Shown here: in pieces, positions 62,261-64,000 of the stretch
Position numbering within the stretch: the first letter of the stretch is position 1
Layout of the letters: the number at the start of each line of letters is the position of its first letter
Assembly: GCF_048593235.1 (NCBI RefSeq)
Contig: NC_133617.1
Location: forward strand, 534,296,958-534,360,957
DNA from: Sminthopsis crassicaudata
Taxonomy: Eukaryota
Direction: 5' to 3'
Length of the DNA stretch: 64,000 nucleotides
Position numbers and translations under genes: made by a program
Notes under the pieces: model-generated
What the model was told of the DNA's origin: nothing
Database searches by the model: none
What the model saw: the letters and a program-made list of their open reading frames with translations, nothing else

Positions 62261-62855
62261 TTTTTTTTTTTTTTGATAATAGCTTTTTATTTTCAAAATA
62301 TATGCAGAGATAATTTTCAACATTCACCTTGCAAAACCTTGTATTCCATATTTTCTCCTTCCTTCCACCCTCTTCCCTATTCAACAAGTAATCCAACATA
62401 GGTTACACATGTGCAATTTTTCTATAAATATTTCCACATTTATTATGCTTCATAAGAAAAATAAGATTAAAAAGAAAAAAATGAGAAAAAAAAACCACAA
62501 GCAAACAACAAGAAAGGTGAAAATACTATATTGTCATCCAGATTCAGTCCTTATATCTTCTTTCTGGATGCAGATGACTCTCTCCCTCACAAATTTTTTT
62601 GGAATTGGCTTGCATCACTTAGTTGCTAAAAAAAAAAAAAAAAAGCCAAGTCCATCACAATTGATTCCCACATAGTCTTGTTGCTGTGTATGATGTTCTC
62701 TTGGTTCCACTCACTTCACTTAGCATCATTTCATGCAAATCTCTCCAGGCCTTTTTGAAATGATCCTGCTGATCATTTCTTACAGAATAACAATATTCCA
62801 TAACATTCATATACCACAACTTATTCAGCCATTCCCCAAATGACAGGCATCCACT
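62260..62855 (-). mobile_element. L1 3' end nested in the older L1
   Basis: Poly-T then AATAGCTTTTTATTTTCAAAATATATGCA, L1 3'UTR. Confidence 0.92.
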
Positions 62856-63137
62856 TAGGGAAGGAGACTGTTGGAGGTCCCACTGAAAATGTTCCCATTA
62901 GTAGAGAGATATGAATGCTATAGGGAGATTACCTTATTTTGAATGAGATCCAGGGCATCTAATTCTTAAAAAGTATATTTGTCCTGGGATTTGGGGAGTT
63001 GGGCTCTCTAAGGAGTTGGAGAATAAACACAAGCAGATTTCCAGGTAAATGTAGAAGAAGTCAACAAGAAAGAGTATAGATATAATTCAATAGTGGGGCT
63101 GTGTAATCAAGGACATGGTGGGTGAGGTGTCCTATGA

Positions 63138-63390
63138 TGGGGCAGTACTAGGTGGCACAGTGGATAGAGTGCCAGGCCTTAATGAGGAAGACCTGAATTC
63201 AAATCTGGCCTCAGATATTTTACACACTGTGTGACCTTGGACAAATCAGTTTCCTCATCTGTCAAACGGAACTAATAACACCCCCTACATCCCAGGATTG
63301 TTGTATGGATCAAATGAAAAAATAATTGTAAAGTAGTTAGCATAGTGTCTGAAACATAGTAAGTGATGTATAAATTTTAGTGTCCAATAA
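63138..63390 (+). mobile_element. MIR/Ther SINE with intact tRNA-like head
   Basis: GGGGCAGTACTAGGTGGCACAGTGGATAGAGTGCCAGGCCT...GAATTCAAATCTGGCCTCAG. Confidence 0.9.
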
Positions 63391-63679
63391 TAATAATAAT
63401 AATTGGCATTGATCTAGAAATGAGACACAATGAAAGGGAAATCCATGGGGCAAGCCCTAAAAGAAGTAGCAGAAAACACTTAAAGGAGATAACCTATCAT
63501 GGATATTGGAGAAAAGAAAGATATCAAATAATTATAGAATTCATGCACCAAAGAAAGAGGAGAGGAATAATGAAGAGAGTGAGAGAAATTCTCTTTGGAA
63601 AGGAGCCCAAAAATGAAATTTAAAAAGTAACAACAAGATTAACTAAGAGGAAGATGAAGGATGAGGGAAAGTGAGCCAT

Positions 63680-64000
63680 TGGAAACAGACAACCTTAAAA
63701 AAAAATTAAAGTAAAATAACTAAAGGAACATAATACAGTGTTTACAGCAGAAAAAGAGAACTTGAAACTGAAAAGCTTTTGCACAGACTTTAATACATGT
63801 AGGATAAGAAAGGAAGTAGTCAAATGGGGAAAAAAATCTTTGAATTAAATATTTTTGATAAGGGGCTTGGTTTATGTATCTAAGATATATAAACAATTAC
63901 AAATATTTAGCACTACTAGCCATTCTCTAAAAGATAAATGATCTATTTAACATGTATTGGTCAACCTACCATCAGGGGGAGGGGGTGGGAGGAAGGAGAA
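63680..64000 (+). mobile_element. L1 ORF2 C-terminal fragment abutting an L1 3'UTR
   Basis: KLKSFCTD...RIRKEVVKWGK...FDKGL (cf. KLKSFCT...WEKIF...SDKGLISKIY); switches to 3'UTR TATTTAACATGTATTGGTCAACC at ~63938. Confidence 0.85.

Noticed and set aside
63138-63215. tRNA gene (also at 9116-9190, 11760 and 57905)
   Set aside because: A/B boxes continue into CORE-SINE bodies and no cloverleaf forms; these are SINE heads.
1-64000. CRISPR array, operon or prokaryotic defence system; NUMT; processed pseudogene
   Set aside because: The DNA is a mammalian repeat landscape with no regularly spaced repeats, no mitochondrial gene signature and no recognisable intronless host-gene copy.

Overview
AT-rich, CpG-poor vertebrate DNA with two assembly gaps. 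The repeat content points to a marsupial, probably dasyurid-like: MAR1, WSINE1-type and MIR SINEs, marsupial-type L1 and HAL1, RTE, L2 and mariner MITEs. I found no convincing protein-coding exon, RNA gene, CpG island or CRISPR array. The window reads as deep intron or intergenic DNA, and nearly every ORF in the track is a TE remnant, an N-run or noise. The most notable structures are: (1) a ~1.6 kb fossil of a Dong/R4-clade non-LTR retrotransposon at 58.8-60.45 kb (-); (2) two diverged RTE-X (L4-like) fragments at 5.9 and 7.4-8.5 kb; (3) a HAL1 inserted into the ORF1 of another HAL1, the two differing in how much ORF2 they retain; (4) two L1 insertions with TSDs and apparent short 3' transductions; (5) an unexplained ~77%-identical ~95-140 bp direct repeat beside a TE-free block with a strong splice donor; (6) several TE-free blocks with exon-like or enhancer-like signals. 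All family assignments come from motif comparison by eye against remembered consensus sequences; no database search was run. Several tempting endogenous-virus matches were examined and rejected.
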